DNA of 64,000 nucleotides from Candidatus Poribacteria bacterium. Its GTDB lineage: Bacteria > Poribacteria > WGA-4E > GCA-2687025. Both the position numbers and the translations under genes were made by a program. Each line of letters begins with the position of its first letter. Position 1 is the stretch's first letter. Location: the NCBI GenBank assembly GCA_963665845.2, contig OY762492.1:1280001-1344000 (forward strand). The letters run 5' to 3'. Of this stretch, positions 51,865 to 62,629 are shown piece by piece. A model generated the notes under the pieces. The model searched no databases. It was not told the origin of the DNA and saw only the letters and a program-made list of their open reading frames with translations.

Positions 51865-54752
51865 GCCGACTCCTCCGCTTCCTTCGTCTCCAACGGCTCC
51901 AGCAGTATCGTCCGTTGTCTTCTCCGCCGTATCTGCCACATCAGCGCCAGCAGCCCCAAAGCCGCCAGCGCGGCAACATAATTGACAATCTCCCAAACCC
52001 GCTGCTCGCCTTCTGTCATGGGTTTCAGCAGGCGGGACTGGGCGCCGCGCGCGCGTATGTTGAGCAGGTCCAAATCCTCCACGGACCAATCGACCGCGTT
52101 TTGGATCAGCAGACGGTTTTCCTGCCGGCGCTCCTCGGAGGACATCGCGACGATCGGATCGTTGATAAAGTCGCTGCTGCCGATGACAACCAAGCGGGAC
52201 GACTCGGGCGACGACTCGATCATATTCGCCGGCGCGGGCGATTCCTCCTCTTCGTTCTGCCCGCCGTTTTCGTCTTCCGGCTCCTCCGTCAACAACGGCG
52301 ACGGCTTGTCCTTGAAATAACTCTCAAACGAACCTTTCACGGCGACCGCCAGCGTGTGCGATGTGAACTCCTGACCTGGATGAAACCCTAGATCCGGATA
52401 GGTCTGGAAATCAGGGTTGACGTTCGTCTCGGTCGTCGTCCATGCCTGATCGCTGGATTTCAGCAGCGCTTCCGTCTCCCGATTGGCATTTTTATCCTTG
52501 TCAAGCAGTATCGGGGATGTCCAGTGCAGCGTCACGGCAGACAGGTTGGCGGCGATCGGATGTCCGCCCGCCATGCCGCCCCGCCGTATGTCGATGAAAA
52601 ACGGGTATTTCCTCTTCACCACCTCCGATACGGTAAAATTGCCGACCTGCTTTGTTTGTTGGAAGGTGAGCGGCTCATTCTCCATGTCCATCACGGTGGA
52701 CGCGCCCACCTCTATTCCGTAATGGCTCAACAGCTCGCGCGCGCCGCCGACAACAGGTTTCAGCGCCGGGGCGCGTGTGAACTGGTCAGGCTCCATCAGA
52801 TGCGCGCCGGCCGCAATGACCGCCGAGCCGCCCCGCATCAGATACTGGTCAATGGCAAACAGCTCCTTCTCGCTCAAGTTTTGAGGCGCCGCAATCACCA
52901 GCGTGTCCACTTCGGCGGGAACCGAGCCGCCGGACAGGTCGATATTTTGAACCGTGTAATCGCTCTGGAGCTGTTCGGAAATGGATTGATAGGAGGCAAA
53001 CGGCTGCGTCATCTGTCCAAAAGCGTTCTGGGTCGGCGTTCGAGGCGGAACCCACACCCCGGCGACTTTCAGAAAACCGGGAGCCATGCGCTTGACAGCC
53101 GCCTCAACGGCTCTGCGTATGTCCGCTTCCAGATCGCTGCCGACGATAATGATCTCAAATTGGTCGTCCAGAGCGAGTATGAGCGAAAAGTAGTACGTGT
53201 CGGTCGAAAGAAAAGCGACAGGAGTCGGGCGCAAACCGTATTTTTGAAAAAGCGATTCTGACGTTTCGCCGCTGTTTGGATCGGTCGGGTCGACTGTTTT
53301 AAAGAGCAGTTTGCCGTTTGAATTGTCGGCGAGTTCGTTTCCGACCTGCTCAAACGGTTCCATCAGTTCGTCTCCGCCGGGAACCGTTTTTGGCGTGGCA
53401 TAGAGCGTCAACTCTGCCGGCTGCTGAAACGATTCCAGAGCCGTATCGATGCTTTGAAACCCGTATGCGGATTTCTTGACGGCGCGCGTCAGATCGTACT
53501 CTAGATTGCGGAGCCTCACCTCTATTCCGCCGTCCGCCAGCGGCTCTATTTGAGCGATGTCCCGAAATCCAAACACCTCATGCTGATCGCCGTAGCGAAC
53601 CAGGATGTTGAAGTAGATGTTTCGAACCGAGGTCTCCGTGCGCCCTTGATTCATCAGCGCCTCCGTTACGATGCCGTAGGCGTCGCGCGCCTCCTGCATC
53701 ATCTCCTCGTTGCCGCTTGGATCGACCGTTTCCGTCTCCACCATGCCCTTGCCGGCGATCGCATACTCGTTCAGCATATCCGCAATCTGCGAGCGGAGGC
53801 GGTCAAGGAGCGGGTGCGTCTGCTTGCTGATGTAGGCGCGCATCAGAAGCGGTTCCGACAGCCCGCCCAGCAGCTGTTTTGTCTGCTTAGAAAGGCTGTA
53901 TTGCCGCTGGCTTGTTAGGTCGACGCGCAGCCCGTAAAGCGGATACATCCAGATATTGAGCAGCGTTATGTTCGCAAGCAGCAGCCCTGTCGTCCACGCG
54001 GCGGCTCGTCGATGCGCCTTCGTTTGCCCGCCTCGGCTCCACCGCTTTGCGTCCAGCGAGACGGCGTTCAAGATCAGAAATCCAGCGGCGATGGAGAGAT
54101 AGTAGAGCAGGTCGCGCAGGTCTAGGACGCCGCGTTCAATCGATTCGAATCGGCTGCCGGCTCCGAGCGCGCGGAACAGATCGCCCGCGTCGCCCGCAAA
54201 ATTGGCGACGGCGCCGGTTCCAATCAGGTAGAAAAAACCGCCGACAATCGCCGTCATAATGAGCGCGACAAACGGGTTGTCGGTTCTAGAGGATAGAAAG
54301 AGGCCGATGGCGGCGTAGGCGCAGGTGAGCAGCAGCGCCGCCGCATATCCGCCGACGACAGGACCCCAGTCGAGGTCTCCCATGAAGGCGACCGTGATCG
54401 GAATCGGCAGCGTCAGCGCGAGCGCCAAACCGACCAGCCCCGTTGCCGCGAGAAACTTGCCCAGCGCCAGCTGATAGGACGGAACAGGGAGCGTCAACAG
54501 CGTTTCAAGGGTGCCGGAGCTTTGCTCCTCGCTCCACTGGCGCATCGTCAACGCCGCGACGAGAAAGATCAGCAGCAGCGGCATCGACCTGAACAGCGGT
54601 CGGACATCGGCGATTTCGCGCGCGAAGAAACGCTCCCGCCAGAAGAACAGAAACAGCAGCGCCGACAAAAAAACGCCGATAAAAATAAACGCGAGAGGCG
54701 AACCGAAGTAGCCGCTCATCTCTTTGCGCGCGATGGCTAACGTACGCTTCAT
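51861..54752 (-). CDS. GldF (ABC-2 permease)-GldG fusion protein
   Basis: ARKEMSGYFGSPLA, EEQSSGTLETLLTLP, RVDLT..QYSLS, LEYDLTRA, DQYLMRGG. Confidence 0.85.
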   Translation of the reverse strand: MKRTLAIARKEMSGYFGSPLAFIFIGVFLSALLFLFFWRERFFAREIADVRPLFRSMPLLLIFLVAALTMRQWSEEQSSGTLETLLTLPVPSYQLALGKFLAATGLVGLALALTLPIPITVAFMGDLDWGPVVGGYAAALLLTCAYAAIGLFLSSRTDNPFVALIMTAIVGGFFYLIGTGAVANFAGDAGDLFRALGAGSRFESIERGVLDLRDLLYYLSIAAGFLILNAVSLDAKRWSRGGQTKAHRRAAAWTTGLLLANITLLNIWMYPLYGLRVDLTSQRQYSLSKQTKQLLGGLSEPLLMRAYISKQTHPLLDRLRSQIADMLNEYAIAGKGMVETETVDPSGNEEMMQEARDAYGIVTEALMNQGRTETSVRNIYFNILVRYGDQHEVFGFRDIAQIEPLADGGIEVRLRNLEYDLTRAVKKSAYGFQSIDTALESFQQPAELTLYATPKTVPGGDELMEPFEQVGNELADNSNGKLLFKTVDPTDPNSGETSESLFQKYGLRPTPVAFLSTDTYYFSLILALDDQFEIIIVGSDLEADIRRAVEAAVKRMAPGFLKVAGVWVPPRTPTQNAFGQMTQPFASYQSISEQLQSDYTVQNIDLSGGSVPAEVDTLVIAAPQNLSEKELFAIDQYLMRGGSAVIAAGAHLMEPDQFTRAPALKPVVGGARELLSHYGIEVGASTVMDMENEPLTFQQTKQVGNFTVSEVVKRKYPFFIDIRRGGMAGGHPIAANLSAVTLHWTSPILLDKDKNANRETEALLKSSDQAWTTTETNVNPDFQTYPDLGFHPGQEFTSHTLAVAVKGSFESYFKDKPSPLLTEEPEDENGGQNEEEESPAPANMIESSPESSRLVVIGSSDFINDPIVAMSSEERRQENRLLIQNAVDWSVEDLDLLNIRARGAQSRLLKPMTEGEQRVWEIVNYVAALAALGLLALMWQIRRRRQRTILLEPLETKEAEESA

Positions 54753-54759
54753 TGGACTC

Positions 54760-55680
54760 CTACCCAGAGGTCGCTAATTCATTGAAAACCGATTCGAGCG
54801 TTCGGGCGTCCCGCTTGATTTCGCGCGCCGACCAGCCCTGTTCCTTGCTAAGTTGATAAAGCGCGGGGCAAAGATCCGTTTCAGGAGACGCCGCGATGCG
54901 GTATGACGGGTACCCGTCAGACGATTCAAACTCTTGGACCGATTCAACGCCGTCGATCCGATTCAGCTGCCGTTGGATGTTCTTGACCGGCGCCTGAAGG
55001 GTCAGGACAGCGTCCGGCGATTTTGCCAGCTCGGAGAGGCGCGCGTCCGCGCGCACTTCGCCGTTCATCAGGATGATGACGCGGTCGCACAGCGCTTCCA
55101 CTTCGGACAGGATATGCGTCGAAAACAGGACGGTGCTGCGCTCGGCGAGCCGCTTGATCAGGTTGCGTATCTCCACGATTTGGGTCGGGTCTAAGCCGAC
55201 GGTCGGTTCGTCAAAAATGAGCAGTTTGGGTCGGCTGAGGATCGCCTGCGCCAGTCCGACGCGCTGGCGGTAACCCTTGCTAAGATGCCCGATAGCGCGC
55301 GTCATCTGGTCTTCGATCTGCGTCGCGCGCGCCGCCTCAGAGATGCGGCGGAGCTGTTCCTCCGGCGGAATCATGCGCAGGTCGGCGATCATTTTCAGAT
55401 ACTCCTGCGTCGACAGCTCCTTATATAAAGGCGCGTTTTCGGGGAGATATCCGATCTGCGCCTGCGCTTCGAGCCGTTTTTCCGTTACATCCAAGCCGTT
55501 GACGCGCGCCGCGCCCGCGTCGGGCTGAAGATAGCCTGTCAGTATTTTGATGATGGTGGTTTTGCCGGCTCCGTTGGGTCCGAGGAGACCGACGATTTCG
55601 CCCTGCTCAATTTCAAACTCGACATTCCGCAAAGCGCGAACGCTGCCGTACGATTTGCCGAGGTTCGATACTTCAATCAT
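54760..55680 (-). CDS. ABC transporter ATP-binding protein (GldA-like)
   Basis: GPNGAGKT, LSKGYRQRVGLAQA, DEPTVGLDP, STH. Confidence 0.95.
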   Translation of the reverse strand: MIEVSNLGKSYGSVRALRNVEFEIEQGEIVGLLGPNGAGKTTIIKILTGYLQPDAGAARVNGLDVTEKRLEAQAQIGYLPENAPLYKELSTQEYLKMIADLRMIPPEEQLRRISEAARATQIEDQMTRAIGHLSKGYRQRVGLAQAILSRPKLLIFDEPTVGLDPTQIVEIRNLIKRLAERSTVLFSTHILSEVEALCDRVIILMNGEVRADARLSELAKSPDAVLTLQAPVKNIQRQLNRIDGVESVQEFESSDGYPSYRIAASPETDLCPALYQLSKEQGWSAREIKRDARTLESVFNELATSG

Positions 55681-55749
55681 CTCCGTTTTCCGTTTGTATG
55701 TCCGCTTATATGATACACAATGCCGCCCGTTCTGTCATGCCGTCAAGGG

Positions 55750-56784
55750 CTATTTGCCGCCGGCGATTCGCGCAAACTCCTCCAGCTGCTCGCGGGTTCC
55801 AAGCGCGATGAGGCGGGCGCCCGGCTGCAGCGTGGTCGCCGGGTCGGGGCTGGCGTTATACTGCGGCGGCTGCCCCTGTTCGGGCAAGGCGCATGCCAGA
55901 ACCGTCACTCCCGTCCGCTTGCGCAGGTCGGTTTCCGCCAGCGTCATCCCTGTGAGAGGCGATTCGTCCGGCAGGTCGATCTGCTCCAGCAGCAGCTCCA
56001 GGTCGTCCGCATGCATCACCTCGTCTAAAAAGTCGGCGACGCTAGGGCGAATCAGGCGCGTCACCATCCGATGCGCGCCGATCCGGTAGGGCGACATCAC
56101 CTGATCAGCCCCCGCCTTGATCAGTTTCGGCTCGGACGTTTCTAAATTCGCCCTCGCCGCGATGATCAGGTTCGGGTTCAGCGTACGCGCTGTCAGGACG
56201 ATAAACACATTGTCGGCGTCCGAGCTGAGCGCCGCCACCAGAAACGCCGCCCGCTCAACGCCCGCTTCCCGCAGCGTTTCTTCATAAGTGGCGTCGCCTT
56301 CTAACGCGTTGTATCCTTCCGCGCCGGCGCGCTCCAGAGCGCCTTCGTCCGGGTCCACCACCACAAACGGCATGCCTTCCCGCTTCAGCTCGTCGGCGAC
56401 ATGTCCGCCGACGCGCCCAAATCCGCATAAGATTGCATGCCCCTGCAGTTTGTTGAGCATTCTACTTCTCCATTGATGTTTCCAGTGGGCGCGCCATTCT
56501 CCGTCATAAAACAGCTGCCCCGCGACGCCGACAAAATACGCCGCTGTCGCCGCCCCTGACACGATTAAAAACACGGTGAAAAGCATGCCCCACTGACTCA
56601 ACGGTTCCGGATTTCCGATATACAATCCGACCGTGCTGATCACCACCGTCGTCATATACAGCGCTTCCACTGCGCTCATGCCTTCGAGGAGATGGTATCC
56701 CGCCATTCCGATGAGGATCAGCGCCATAAGAGTCGCAAAGGCGGGGATCTCTCGGCGCAAAAACCGCTGTATTAGCCACAACAT
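55750..56784 (-). CDS. Two-TM K+ channel-like protein with RCK (TrkA-N/C) domains
   Basis: TM-pore-TM with STVG, CGFGRVG, GDAT, C-terminal TrkA-C. Confidence 0.9.
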   Translation of the reverse strand: MLWLIQRFLRREIPAFATLMALILIGMAGYHLLEGMSAVEALYMTTVVISTVGLYIGNPEPLSQWGMLFTVFLIVSGAATAAYFVGVAGQLFYDGEWRAHWKHQWRSRMLNKLQGHAILCGFGRVGGHVADELKREGMPFVVVDPDEGALERAGAEGYNALEGDATYEETLREAGVERAAFLVAALSSDADNVFIVLTARTLNPNLIIAARANLETSEPKLIKAGADQVMSPYRIGAHRMVTRLIRPSVADFLDEVMHADDLELLLEQIDLPDESPLTGMTLAETDLRKRTGVTVLACALPEQGQPPQYNASPDPATTLQPGARLIALGTREQLEEFARIAGGK

Positions 56785-56862
56785 GGCGCGACCCGTTTCC
56801 GTTGTGTGAGAACGGAATGCGCCGAACGCTGCGGCGTCTTTTGAAAGCTCGCCATGGGCGCC

Positions 56863-58815
56863 TTACGGAGCCGCCGAGGGCGCGGAGATCGTTTCCGCTT
56901 TTAAGGCGTCGCGGAGACCCTGTATGCGCTTATCGCGCGGGTTTTTCTGTAGATACGCCGTATAAACGCTGACCGCCTCCGCCGCATTGCCGTTCGCAAG
57001 ATGCAGGTTGGCGAGCGCTTCCGCAAAGTCGGCGTTCATCGGGTCCAACTCCATCGCTTTGCCGTATTCCGCCGCGGCTTTTTCGGTCTCGTTCATGATC
57101 TCCGCGAGATGTCCAACAGCGTATCGCGCCAGGGCGTTTTGCGGGTTGCTCTGCGCGAGAGCCGCCAGCTCAACGCCCGCTTCCTCTCGGTACGATTCGG
57201 AGGCGCGGGCGCGCGACGCATGCCGCAGCGCGGTCATTCCGATGGAGGCGTTGACCGCCTGTTTTTCGGCGCGGGCGTCTCCATTTTTTACCGCCCGCTC
57301 CGCCGCTTTTGCCGCGGCGCGCGCGCCGATGTTGAACTGCTGCGACGCCTGCCGCCAGTAACCGTAACGCATCGCCGTTTTGCCGACATCAAAGTAGGTC
57401 GGCCAGTCGATCTTCTTGTCGATGATGTCCTGGTAGAGGTAGGCGCGTTTGCGGTTTCCCGCGCGGTAGTAAAGCGCTTCGGCGAGGCTCTGCGCCGCCT
57501 CTTCGTTGCGCGGGTTTGCGGCGACCGACCGCTCAAACGCCGCCACTTCAGCGGCTGCGTTTTTAAGATCGCGCTGGGCGAGACCGATCAAATAGAAGAT
57601 CTGGCTGTCCCTGCCCTCCGAAAGCCCGACGACGAAGCTCCATATGTCGATCGCCTTCTGGTAGTCGCCGACGCCGTACTCATACTCGCCCTGGGTGATG
57701 ACCTGATCAATGACGGCGCTATCGGCGCGGATAGCCTCTTCGAACAGCTTTTTCGCGCGCTCTTTCAGTCCAAGTTTCAGGTACACATCCGACAAGCCCT
57801 TGATGGCGGCGACGCGGCTGTCCCATGCGGAACCGACCGCCTCTTCCGCCATCCGCAGCGAACGGTGATAAAGAGCGCCCGATTTCTTGTACTCGGCGGT
57901 TGTGAACATCACGCCCGCCATGGAGAACATGGCGTCGTACATCGTTCCCTGATCGTCTAGGGTGATCTGTATCTCGTTCATGATCTCATCGGCGTTGTAT
58001 CCGAAGATCAGCTCTTCGGCGCTTTTAGACACCGCGTCTTCGGGCTGCTGCGATCTTGGGCGGTCGCGTTCTCGGCGCGCCTCCCGCCGTTCCGCCATCA
58101 CGTCCGCGTCGGTTCTCTCCCGCGATTCGATGTCGGGAACCTCCGCGCCCGCTTTCACCAGCTCCTCGGCGGCGAGGCGCACCACCGCTTCGGCGTCGGG
58201 GCGTTCGCCGAATTTGCGCACAATATCCTGCCGCTGCTGTATCGCCTCATCCTTTTTTCCGAGGCTGTCCAGAAGCCGCGCGCGTTTCTCAAGGGCGATG
58301 ACCGCGTTCTTGTCCTCTTCATGCAAGCGCGAAAATTCGCCGTAGGTCTCCTGCGCCTCGTCCAGTTTGCCCGCCTTTTCATAGGTTTGCGCGAGCATCA
58401 TCTGCGCGTTCCCGCCCTGCGCGGAGGAGGGAGCCGCCATCAACAAACTTCGGAACGACTCCGCCGCCGCGTCAAAATCGCCGCCCGCAAAATGAATCAG
58501 ACCGAGCTGATACTGCGCATCGAGACCGATCTCCTCTTCAGGAGCCGCTTCGATGACCGCCGCATAGATCTCCGCCGCCTTTTCGAGCTGTTCGAGATTC
58601 ACATGGTAGATGCTTGCGATCTTCATCTGCGCCTTGAGCGCGTCGGACGAGCCGGGATTTTTCGCCGCCGCCAGTTCGTACTGCTCAATCGCCAGCTCAT
58701 AGGAACCTTGCCGCTCAAGCGTCTCCCCCTGTTGATACGGGCCGCCTGAGCAAGCGGCTAAAGAAACCGCCAAAACTGCCGTCAACACAAGCTTCGTGAT
58801 GGATATGCGCCGCAT
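56863..58815 (-). CDS. TPR-repeat lipoprotein
   Basis: LAAC lipobox; many TPRs, BamD/CpoB-like in the N-terminal half. Confidence 0.85.
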   Translation of the reverse strand: MRRISITKLVLTAVLAVSLAACSGGPYQQGETLERQGSYELAIEQYELAAAKNPGSSDALKAQMKIASIYHVNLEQLEKAAEIYAAVIEAAPEEEIGLDAQYQLGLIHFAGGDFDAAAESFRSLLMAAPSSAQGGNAQMMLAQTYEKAGKLDEAQETYGEFSRLHEEDKNAVIALEKRARLLDSLGKKDEAIQQRQDIVRKFGERPDAEAVVRLAAEELVKAGAEVPDIESRERTDADVMAERREARRERDRPRSQQPEDAVSKSAEELIFGYNADEIMNEIQITLDDQGTMYDAMFSMAGVMFTTAEYKKSGALYHRSLRMAEEAVGSAWDSRVAAIKGLSDVYLKLGLKERAKKLFEEAIRADSAVIDQVITQGEYEYGVGDYQKAIDIWSFVVGLSEGRDSQIFYLIGLAQRDLKNAAAEVAAFERSVAANPRNEEAAQSLAEALYYRAGNRKRAYLYQDIIDKKIDWPTYFDVGKTAMRYGYWRQASQQFNIGARAAAKAAERAVKNGDARAEKQAVNASIGMTALRHASRARASESYREEAGVELAALAQSNPQNALARYAVGHLAEIMNETEKAAAEYGKAMELDPMNADFAEALANLHLANGNAAEAVSVYTAYLQKNPRDKRIQGLRDALKAETISAPSAAP

Positions 58816-58904
58816 GTCTTCAATCCTTTCCGTTCTCAACATCTCCGCCAATCACAGCATAACCGAATTTGCCCCTCGGCGCAACCGACGCCGCCAACCA
58901 ATCC

Positions 58905-59035
58905 GTTCCCCGCTTCCGCGAGGACATGCATTCCCGCGTAAGCGGGAATCCAGAGGCGCCGCCCACGCCTTAAACCCCCCTAGCCCCCCTTTTCAAGGGG
59001 GGAATCGGAGGCGCCCCTTTTCAAGGGGGAATCGG
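58905..59035. repeat. REP-like palindrome plus CCCCC...AAGGGGG repeats
   Basis: GTTCCCCGCTTCCGCGAGGACATGCATTCCCGCGTAAGCGGGAATCCAG, then CCCCCCTAGCCCCCCTTTTCAAGGGGGGAATCGG. Confidence 0.8.
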
Positions 59036-59046
59036 ACGCGCCGCTG

Positions 59047-59487
59047 TCAATCCTCATATTCGCCGTCGTCGCTGATCGGGAACGGGCTGTCGTCCTCTTC
59101 GTCTTCGTCTTCATTGACGTTCAGGTTTTCGTACTCTTCAAAGAGCGCGGCAACCTCCTCGTCGGGCGCGTCATCGAAGATGAGATCGTCTTCGGCGAGA
59201 GCGGCTTGCGCCTGCACCCGCTCGTATTTCAGCTGTCCGTCCATCAGTTCGAGAAGCGCCTGCGTCGTCGGCTTCTTCGCGCCGCGGGCGATCTCGCCGA
59301 TCGGAAGGTCGCGGTCGTTCAGCTCGCGGGCGCGCTGCGCCGCGATGTTGACGACCAGATATTTGTTGATGTACCCGCCGCTCTCCTGGTTAGGGTCTTT
59401 CAGGTCGTCAATATAGATCTCTTGCGGCTTGCTGCCGGATCCGAGGCGCCGAGGCGCCTTGACGACTTTGGGGGTGTCCTCGCTCAT
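59047..59487 (-). CDS. rpoZ: RNA polymerase omega subunit with acidic C-terminal extension
   Basis: NKYLVVNIAAQRAREL...KPTTQALLEL; adjacent to gmk. Confidence 0.9.
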   Translation of the reverse strand: MSEDTPKVVKAPRRLGSGSKPQEIYIDDLKDPNQESGGYINKYLVVNIAAQRARELNDRDLPIGEIARGAKKPTTQALLELMDGQLKYERVQAQAALAEDDLIFDDAPDEEVAALFEEYENLNVNEDEDEEDDSPFPISDDGEYED

Positions 59488-59524
59488 ATCAAACGCTCCT
59501 TACATCGCTGCCTGTCCGATGAGT

Positions 59525-60172
59525 TCATTGTCCTGACGCCGCAAACGCCGCTTGGCGAACCGCCATCTTGCGCCTTTCTGCCTCCATAACCGCCTCCAGC
59601 GCCTTCACCGCTTCGTCCAGTTCGCCGTCCCTGTTCTCGATCACATAATCGTAAAACTTCGCCGCCTGTATCTCGTTCAAGGCTGCTTCGGCGCGCGTTT
59701 CCTGTTGCTCTTTAGAGTCGGTTCCGCGCTGTATCAAACGCCGATTCAGCTCCTCCATGCTGGGCGGAATCAGCAGTATCAGCGCGGCAAGCGGATATTT
59801 TGCCCGTATCTGCGCCCCGCCTCTTGGATCAATCACCAGCAGGAGATCGTCGCCGACCTTCTGCGCCTCCTGTATCGTTCGGTTCAAGGTGCCGTATCGA
59901 TGCGCGCCGTACATCGTCGTCCATTCCGCCAGTTCGCCGTTCCGTATGCATGCGTCGAATTCGGCGCCGCTCATGAAAAAGTAGTCGACGCCATGCTGTT
60001 CTCCCGGTCTTGGGGGTCGCGTCGTCGCCGAGACGGAGCAGCGGGCGGAGTTTTTTTGGGCGTAAGCGTCCGCCACCGACGTTTTGCCGCAGCCTGAAGG
60101 TCCCGACAAAACCGCCAACACGGGCGGAGACGCCAACAGCTCTCGATAAAATGATATACCGTTTGAACGCAT
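59525..60172 (-). CDS. gmk: Guanylate kinase
   Basis: SGPSGCGKT, SVSATTRPPRPGEQHGVDYFF, YGT, PPSMEEL..RL..RGTD. Confidence 0.95.
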   Translation of the reverse strand: MRSNGISFYRELLASPPVLAVLSGPSGCGKTSVADAYAQKNSARCSVSATTRPPRPGEQHGVDYFFMSGAEFDACIRNGELAEWTTMYGAHRYGTLNRTIQEAQKVGDDLLLVIDPRGGAQIRAKYPLAALILLIPPSMEELNRRLIQRGTDSKEQQETRAEAALNEIQAAKFYDYVIENRDGELDEAVKALEAVMEAERRKMAVRQAAFAASGQ

Positions 60173-60307
60173 GCATCCTCGCTATGGCAAACGTCATCAG
60201 CCGCCTTAGTATGAAGTGTAGCGCGCGGGGGCGGCGGAGTCAAATTGAGCGGCGACCGTTGAACGAACAAGCCTTTGTTATTGGGAAAAGGCTTCGTCAA
60301 CCAGATC

Positions 60308-60356
60308 GTTCCCCGCTTCCGCGAGGACATGCATTCCCGCGCAAGCGGAAATCCAG
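60308..60356. repeat. REP-like palindrome with 5' extension
   Basis: GTTCCCCGCTTCCGCGAGGACATGCATTCCCGCGCAAGCGGAAATCCAG. Confidence 0.8.
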
Positions 60357-60396
60357 AGGCGGCGCGCGGCGGTTTTGCGTCCGACCGACGCCCTGC

Positions 60397-61518
60397 TCAC
60401 TCTTCTGTTTTGTTTGCGTCCGTTTCTTCTCGAATCGCTAGAAGCGCCCTCGACCTTATTTCCAGCCATGTGAGCAGCCATGCGAACATGCCTAAGCTGA
60501 ACGGAAATATCGCGGCGGAGAGCAGCATATTGGTCGTAAGGTACTTTCCCCGATGCCGCTGTATCTCTGTGATCGCTACAGTATCGTCGAAGTCAGAGTA
60601 TCCGATCTTGTTGTCATCCTGGGTCTGACGCAGCAGATCCCGCGCCGTCTCCTGCGCGTCTTGCATCTCTCTTAGATACGATGTCATCCTCGTATAATTG
60701 TCCAGCCAGTTGTGCGCCGAACTTTGCCCGCCAAGCGTCCCGGCGCTTGATGCGCACATGCACCAGAGGATCAAAAATATGAGCGCCATCTTTCCGATAC
60801 CCTTGTCCTTTATAAGCCGTATCCCGCGGCTGTCCGACCTGGGCGTCTGGATTAAGTATCTGGTCAACACCCAGGAAGCAACCAAAAAACATGCAATCGA
60901 AATCGGCAGCGCAATCCGCATCGTCTCGCGCGTCGATTTTTTCTCCTGTTTAATGGCGTCGTCTACCATGGAATCCAGCCGCTTCTTTGCGTCCGGCCAT
61001 TTTTTCAGGTCGCCGTCCATGAGGGCGTTTTCCAGCTCCGCCCATGACGCGCTTTCGGGCAGATCATACAGCGCGCGAATGGTGGGGTATTCCGCGTCTT
61101 CTGGATGTTCCGCAACCCGCCGCCGCTCATACTCTGCCGCCTGCTTGAAACGGCGCATGAGCGCCGGACCGAAATGCAGCATATCTAGATTGTCTTTAAA
61201 AACGGCGCCGCGCTCTAAGACCCGTTCAAAATGCGCCTTCAGTTTTGCAGTTTGCGCCTCGCTTTTCTCGATGCCCAGGTCGAAGCGCATCGCGGAGGCG
61301 AGCGCGTCGGCGTTTTGCGGACCGATGTAGCGGGGTCGGATTTCATTTTTGCTTTGGACGAACCATTCGCCGTTCGGTTCATCCGCGTCGATCTTCGCTT
61401 TCAGGTCTAGGGCGAGATGAAAAGAATAGCAGTAACCCAGAATGATTCCCGCCGCGAGAACGATTTTGAACGCGCGGGCGAATATGCCGCGCAAGTTACG
61501 GCGCGTTCCATTTTTCAT
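60397..61518 (-). CDS. Hypothetical 4-TM membrane protein (paralog A)
   Basis: Long ORF whose N-terminal ~200 aa are nearly identical to the neighbour. Confidence 0.75.
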   Translation of the reverse strand: MKNGTRRNLRGIFARAFKIVLAAGIILGYCYSFHLALDLKAKIDADEPNGEWFVQSKNEIRPRYIGPQNADALASAMRFDLGIEKSEAQTAKLKAHFERVLERGAVFKDNLDMLHFGPALMRRFKQAAEYERRRVAEHPEDAEYPTIRALYDLPESASWAELENALMDGDLKKWPDAKKRLDSMVDDAIKQEKKSTRETMRIALPISIACFLVASWVLTRYLIQTPRSDSRGIRLIKDKGIGKMALIFLILWCMCASSAGTLGGQSSAHNWLDNYTRMTSYLREMQDAQETARDLLRQTQDDNKIGYSDFDDTVAITEIQRHRGKYLTTNMLLSAAIFPFSLGMFAWLLTWLEIRSRALLAIREETDANKTEE

Positions 61519-61531
61519 TCGTCAGGCTCCG

Positions 61532-62629
61532 TCAGCGTGTCCGCATTAGATTGAAGTACTGCCTCCACCCTATGCCCAGCCATTTCAACATGCCAAAGCT
61601 GATCGGGAGTATCGCGGCAAAGACCAGCGTACTGGTCGCAATGTACTTTCCCCGAGGCCGCCGCATTTCTGTTATCGCTACATGATAGTCGAAGTCAGAG
61701 TAACCGAACTTATTGTCTTCTCTGATCCGACGCAGCAGATCACGCGCTGTCTGCTTCGTTTCCTGCGGTTCCTGCGTCATTCTTAGAAACGTTTTCAGCA
61801 TCGTATAATCGTCCCGCCAGTTGTGCGCCAAATCCGGCCCGCCAACTATGAAGAGGCTGGATCCAAAAGCGCACCAGATGAGCAATACTACGAGCGCTAT
61901 CTTTGCTTTTCCCTTGCCCTGTATAAGCCGTATACCGCGGCTGTTGGATTTGAGCGCCTGGACGAGAGATTTGGCCAACGCCCAGGAACCCCACAATATA
62001 GGTATCAGCAAAGCCGGCAGCACAATCAGCAGCGTCTCGCGCGTCGATTCTTTCTCGCGTTTAATGGCATCGTCTACCCAGTCATCCAGCCGCTTCTTTG
62101 CGTCCGGCCATTTTTTCAGGCCTCCGTCCATGAGGGCGTTTTCCAGCTCCTCCCATGACGCGCTTTCGGGCAGATCATACAGCGCGCGAATGGAGGGGTA
62201 TTCCGCGTCTTCAGGATGCTCCGCAACCCGCCGCCGTTCATACTCTGCCGCCAGCTTGAAACGGCGCATGAGCGCATGACCGAAATGCAGCATATCCATG
62301 TTGTCTTGAAAGACGGCGCCGCGCTCTAAGACCCGCTCAAAATGCGCCTTCAGTTTTGCAGTTTGCGCCTCGCTTTTCTCGATGCCCAGGTCGAAGCGCA
62401 TCGCGGAGGCGAGCGCGTCGGCGTTTTGCGGACCGATGTAGCGCGGTCGGATTTCATTTTTGCTTTGGACGAACCATTCGCCGCTCGGTTCGTCCGCGTT
62501 GATCGTCGCTTTCATATCTAGGGCGAGATGAACGGCATAGCAATAACCCAGAACGATTCCCGCCGCGAGAACGATTTTGAGCGCGCGGGCGGATATGCCG
62601 CGCAATTTGCGGCGCGTTCCATTTTTCAT
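61532..62629 (-). CDS. Hypothetical 4-TM membrane protein (paralog B)
   Basis: Tandem paralog of 60397-61518. Confidence 0.75.
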   Translation of the reverse strand: MKNGTRRKLRGISARALKIVLAAGIVLGYCYAVHLALDMKATINADEPSGEWFVQSKNEIRPRYIGPQNADALASAMRFDLGIEKSEAQTAKLKAHFERVLERGAVFQDNMDMLHFGHALMRRFKLAAEYERRRVAEHPEDAEYPSIRALYDLPESASWEELENALMDGGLKKWPDAKKRLDDWVDDAIKREKESTRETLLIVLPALLIPILWGSWALAKSLVQALKSNSRGIRLIQGKGKAKIALVVLLIWCAFGSSLFIVGGPDLAHNWRDDYTMLKTFLRMTQEPQETKQTARDLLRRIREDNKFGYSDFDYHVAITEMRRPRGKYIATSTLVFAAILPISFGMLKWLGIGWRQYFNLMRTR

